Of a DNA stretch of 64,000 nt, positions 60,297 through 64,000 are shown in pieces (within the stretch, counting starts at the first letter, position 1; each line of letters begins with the position of its first letter). Source of the DNA: Lepidodermella squamata (Eukaryota; Animalia; Gastrotricha); NCBI GenBank assembly GCA_047495785.1, contig JBLDXI010000017.1, positions 682,001-746,000 of the forward strand, in the 5' to 3' direction. The position numbers and the translations under genes were made by a program. Below the pieces are notes generated by a model. It worked only from the letters and a program-made list of their open reading frames with translations. It was not told where the DNA came from and did no database searches.

Positions 60297-61136
60297 TTAC
60301 GGCGCCACCAATCCGCCACGCGTTTCAGCCACAACGCCGAAAATTTCGCTGATCAAAGCCTTCTCGTCGATGGGATGAAACTTGGACGCATCGCCGTGCA
60401 AGATCTCCATCAGGGTGTAATTGCTGATGTAGAACAGAGGAAGTTCGGGCAGGTTTTTTTCTTGCAGGCTCGCGTTGAAGTTCTGCTTCACCAGCGCCTT
60501 CGCCTTTTCAACATATCGGGCCTGCTCTTCGCTGGGCAGCTCGTCGAATCGCTTCGATCCGTCACCGCCATTGTCCGACCGAACCAAATTGTCCAGATCT
60601 TGGTCAGCTTTCGCGCGGACAACAATTACTCGCCGTTTGTGGCGCATCAACGCCTCGATGAAGCAGACGTCGAAGCGGGTTAGACGCTCGCCGATGACAA
60701 CGATCAGAATGTCGAGAAAGTGCAGCGAATATTTGTCGACGTACGCCTCGAAATCGACAGGCTCTTTCAGCGTGCCAGCGCCCGGGATGTCCCATAAGTT
60801 GAACGCGCGTAGCTTTGGGACTTCGTGCTTCGCCGGCTCGCTGGTTTGCTCGACGATATTGACAGCGCAAACTTGCGAACCAACGACGCTGTTCACGAAC
60901 GACGACTTGCCTTTACCACTCCAGCCGACAACGCCAATGTTGATCTTGGATGTTGTATCCATTCCGCATTTTGCGGCTTGTTCTCGCAGCAGTTTCTCAG
61001 CCATTTTAGCATATTCTAATAGTTCGCTGTTTCGAAGCTGTTCGTCTTCTTTTGACAAAAGCCAATCAGGAAAGAACTTCCGAATGTCAAACGGCATCTT
61101 TTTGTTACAGAATAAGGCACTAAAAAGTGATCCCAT
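60297..61136 (-). CDS. Immunity-related GTPase (IRG/IIGP)-like protein, GKS type, intronless
   Basis: NIGVVGWSGKGKSSFVNS (G1), VEQT (G2), LWDIPGAGT (G3), RAKADQD (G4), FYISN (G5); N-terminus MGSLFS. Confidence 0.85.
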   Translation of the reverse strand: MGSLFSALFCNKKMPFDIRKFFPDWLLSKEDEQLRNSELLEYAKMAEKLLREQAAKCGMDTTSKINIGVVGWSGKGKSSFVNSVVGSQVCAVNIVEQTSEPAKHEVPKLRAFNLWDIPGAGTLKEPVDFEAYVDKYSLHFLDILIVVIGERLTRFDVCFIEALMRHKRRVIVVRAKADQDLDNLVRSDNGGDGSKRFDELPSEEQARYVEKAKALVKQNFNASLQEKNLPELPLFYISNYTLMEILHGDASKFHPIDEKALISEIFGVVAETRGGLVAP

Positions 61137-61769
61137 AAGTAACGCAAGCACGATAAAATGGTCCAGAAACTAAAAAAATTCAAAAAATCATGAAAATAGT
61201 AATTGAAAGTTTGACTTGTTAATTGGGTTTAAAATAGGAATTTTGTCCAACCGGGTAAAATACCGAAAATTACCGAACCAATTACCATCGGGAATTTCTG
61301 GGTTTTATCCGATAAATTTTTTATTGGAAATTCCTGGCTTTGAATTTTTTCTAGAAATTTCCAGGGAACGCCGTTCCCCATTTTTGCATGTCTTGCATAT
61401 AATATCCAAAATAATTTATCATAACCCTCTAATTTTCCAACGGAGTAAGAATTACCTTAAAGCTGAGATTACCTTAATTAAGTCTGAGATTACCTGGCAT
61501 GATCGAATTTGTTGCTAAAATTGTTAGATTAGGGTTCGAAGGTAGAGGAACCGTAAAAGGTCCCGAACCTTAGATCGAACCTAGCTAAAATTGAGAAAGA
61601 CTCCTGATTTTGCCATCAGATTTGGAAACCCGGGAATTTGAGCAGGAAAGGTTGATGAAATACCAAGGACAAAGTTTTCGGTTTATAAAAACCAAAACGG
61701 AACCGCTTGAAAATGGTTATTGGTGAAGTAGCAGGGTCCTATATCAAAATTTGCTAACACTCGAAAATC

Positions 61770-61900
61770 GACCTGAACCTGACTATAACCTTAACCCTGA
61801 ACCCGAACCTTATTCCTGAACCCTAACAAAACCCAAACTCCAACCCTAACCGCAACCCGAACCCTAAGACCTTACACTAACTCCCAAGCCCAATTCCTAA
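61770..61900 (+). repeat. Degenerate (AACCCT)n-like tract
   Basis: AACCTT/AACCCT/AACCCG hexamer variants. Confidence 0.7.
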
Positions 61901-62800
61901 TAATCGTTTCGCTGAAAAAAAACATGATTTTATGAAATGAAAAATTAGAATGAAATGTTATTTTGTGCTACATAAATATGTTTAATTCAATTTAAAATAA
62001 ATTTAATTCAATTTTCTGAAATATTGTTCCCGCCCCTAGTCTGGTGACCCAACTTATTCAAGATTGGTCAAGAGCTTAGGAAAATCCGATTTTTCAAAGC
62101 CCCTCCTTGAACCGTAACTTTTTCGACTAGGTCCAGTTGATGAAGCCTTGTAGAAGAATAGGCACTATACTCGAGACCTTGCGCAAGACAATATATAATG
62201 TGGTGATAAAAGAAGGCAACAATTTAAAAAATCTAAATACAACTTCCCAATAACTAGATTCTCTATAGAGAATGAACATTCAAGATTCAATGGGCAGCAA
62301 TAAGAAACTAATACCCAAGTCTGTTTTCACTAGTGCCGGTCATAGATGGATTTTAGATCTGACATTATATAGCCGTACAAACCCGCCGGTCATGTGGTGA
62401 GATGGTAAAATGATTCATTTTTAATCTAAAAATAGCATCTCGAGTTTTTGTCGCGTGTCCAGTAGATCATCCCTTGCCAAGACTTTTTTAAGCGCGGGGC
62501 CTTGTTGCTAGAGTTTTTTATTAATCCGAATTGAGACACACTCTTTCTAGGCCCGCGAGAAATTCTTTATCGGATGCTGATTTGCGGTTTTTCGTCACAC
62601 GTCGCGACAGTCGCGCACAGCTCTCCTTTTCGACAACTATTCATTAATTAATTCGTTAATTCATTACCGGGATTATTTATCAAAGAAAGCGAACCACAAG
62701 TCAATATAAAGTTTCGACGTCACTTAGGCGCAAAATTTTAGAGTCGTTTCCGAGTCATAAAACTTTACCAGAATTTTATCGAAATATCGGAAATAATCTA

Positions 62801-63168
62801 CAGCGTGTCCCATAAGTAACGAAAGCAAAGAAAATACATGGAAATGGGCTCAGAAACTCTAAAATGAGAGACGAAGTCGTATCTCAATGCCAGAAAAATT
62901 GTAGAAAATTTCAAATCATCCCGAGAATAGTAATCAGATTTGTCACTTGTTAATGAGATTAAAAAAGTCCGCAGAAATTTGGTCCAACTGGGTAAAATAC
63001 TGAAAATTACCGAACCAGTTACCATCGGGGTTTTTCGGTAATTTTTTTATTTCTTCGTTCAAATCGCGATGGAATATTCTCTCGGTAGGAGAAATTTAAT
63101 AAAATTAGTTGAATTTCTAACAAAAATATGCCAAATTTAAAAATAGTTGCGCAACTTCTGGGACACGC
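62801..63168. mobile_element. MITE-like element with CAGCGTGTCCCA ends (left-end copies at ~38434 and ~43592)
   Basis: TA|CAGCGTGTCCCA ... TGGGACACGC; TTGCGCAACTTCTGGGACACGC is the reverse complement of the copy at 38434. Confidence 0.6.
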
Positions 63169-63344
63169 AAAAATTAATTATTGCAAAATTTGGTGAGATT
63201 TTCAACGGGGGTGGCAATTGCGCACCCGAAATTGAGTGTTCCAGCGCTAATTTTGAGACTACAGCACTAGATTTCCGCTAAATATGGTTTTTCGAGTTTC
63301 ATGTCTTCGTAAACGCCTTACGACTAAGCCGCCCTTGACACTCC

Positions 63345-63700
63345 AGTCGCGACAACTCCGCACAGAAAACTCCGCAAAATCAATTAAAAATTAATTATTT
63401 ATTTATTTTGTCAACGACAACTCCGCAAACGTCTAATTTATTCGAATTTAAAGTTTTTATTCAATTATTTGAAATAATTTTTATCCGTCAACTGCGCAAA
63501 TGACAAGCCAGACAACGACAAGCCCGCAAATTATTTATTTCTGCTTATTTAACTAATCTTTCGACTCCGCTGACAGCGATTCTTAGTAAGGGTAAGATGG
63601 TTGTCAGATTAGGTTACGGTTGGAAATGGCTCGTTTTCGATAATTAAATAAATTATTTTGCGGAGTTTTCGTGGTGTGGCGACAAATCGGTGCGCGACTA
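63345..63700. repeat. Imperfect foldback with GACAACTCCGCA subrepeats
   Basis: AAAACTCCGCAAAAT is inverted as ATTTTGCGGAGTTTT; AGTCGCG...CGCGACT ends. Confidence 0.5.
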
Positions 63701-64000
63701 TTGCGTCCGTAAACTTTGCGCCCCGACAATTACATCCAAAGACAGTCTAGCCCAAAAATGCGAGCGACTTATCCGTCCCCGACAAATTAGCCAAATTTTG
63801 GTTCATTCAGGCGACAATTTAGCTAGCGACACTTCCGATGACGACAACAGCGCTTTTTCTATATTATGAACAATATTTATTTACGACATTATAGCTAGCG
63901 ACTTTATAGCTGGCGACATAACAGCAAATAGAGACCGCATTCTAACCAGAGGTGGAAACAGGTAGATTTTTTGCAACCAAACTTGACCCATGACAGGACT

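Noticed and set aside
60297-61136. Horizontal transfer of the intronless, GC-richer GTPase
   Set aside because: IRG coding regions are commonly single-exon and the myristoylation-type N-terminus is eukaryotic; no phylogeny is available to support HGT.
60279-61173. Long + strand ORFs (134 and 232 aa)
   Set aside because: Antisense to the IRG gene; no motifs of their own.
61770-61900. Telomere or chromosome end
   Set aside because: Short, highly degenerate and internal; such tracts are common inside small repeats.
63345-63935. CRISPR-like array of GCGACA motifs
   Set aside because: Eukaryotic context, irregular spacing, inverted orientation and no cas genes; better explained as MITE subrepeats.

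Overview
Eukaryotic (invertebrate animal) genomic DNA: AT-rich, gene-dense, with short (~45-60 bp) introns, so most ORF-track entries are exon pieces or antisense shadows. Gene models were spliced by hand. From left to right: (1) a divergent Cys-loop ion channel; (2) a tandem cluster of secreted C-type lectin genes, one split by a full-length CR1-like LINE whose PHD ORF1 and APE-RT ORF2 are in frame across a single TAG; (3) two paralogous secreted two-Cys peptide precursors; (4) three lipocalin-like genes with GPI-like tails; (5) a GABA-B-like class C GPCR; (6) eight core-1 beta-1,3-galactosyltransferase (C1GALT1-like) genes, including one lacking the DxD motif, a MARCH-type RING-CH gene nested antisense in an intron, and a chimeric mini-gene made by the duplications; (7) five paralogous single-EF-hand-like genes; (8) a short IRG-type GTPase with a small amphipathic gene just downstream. 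Many MITE/foldback elements lie between genes, one carrying tRNA-like Pol III boxes in both arms. Spacers of only ~100-165 bp with acceptor-like AGs before the ATGs suggest operons with trans-splicing. No database searches were run; family calls rest on motif recognition.
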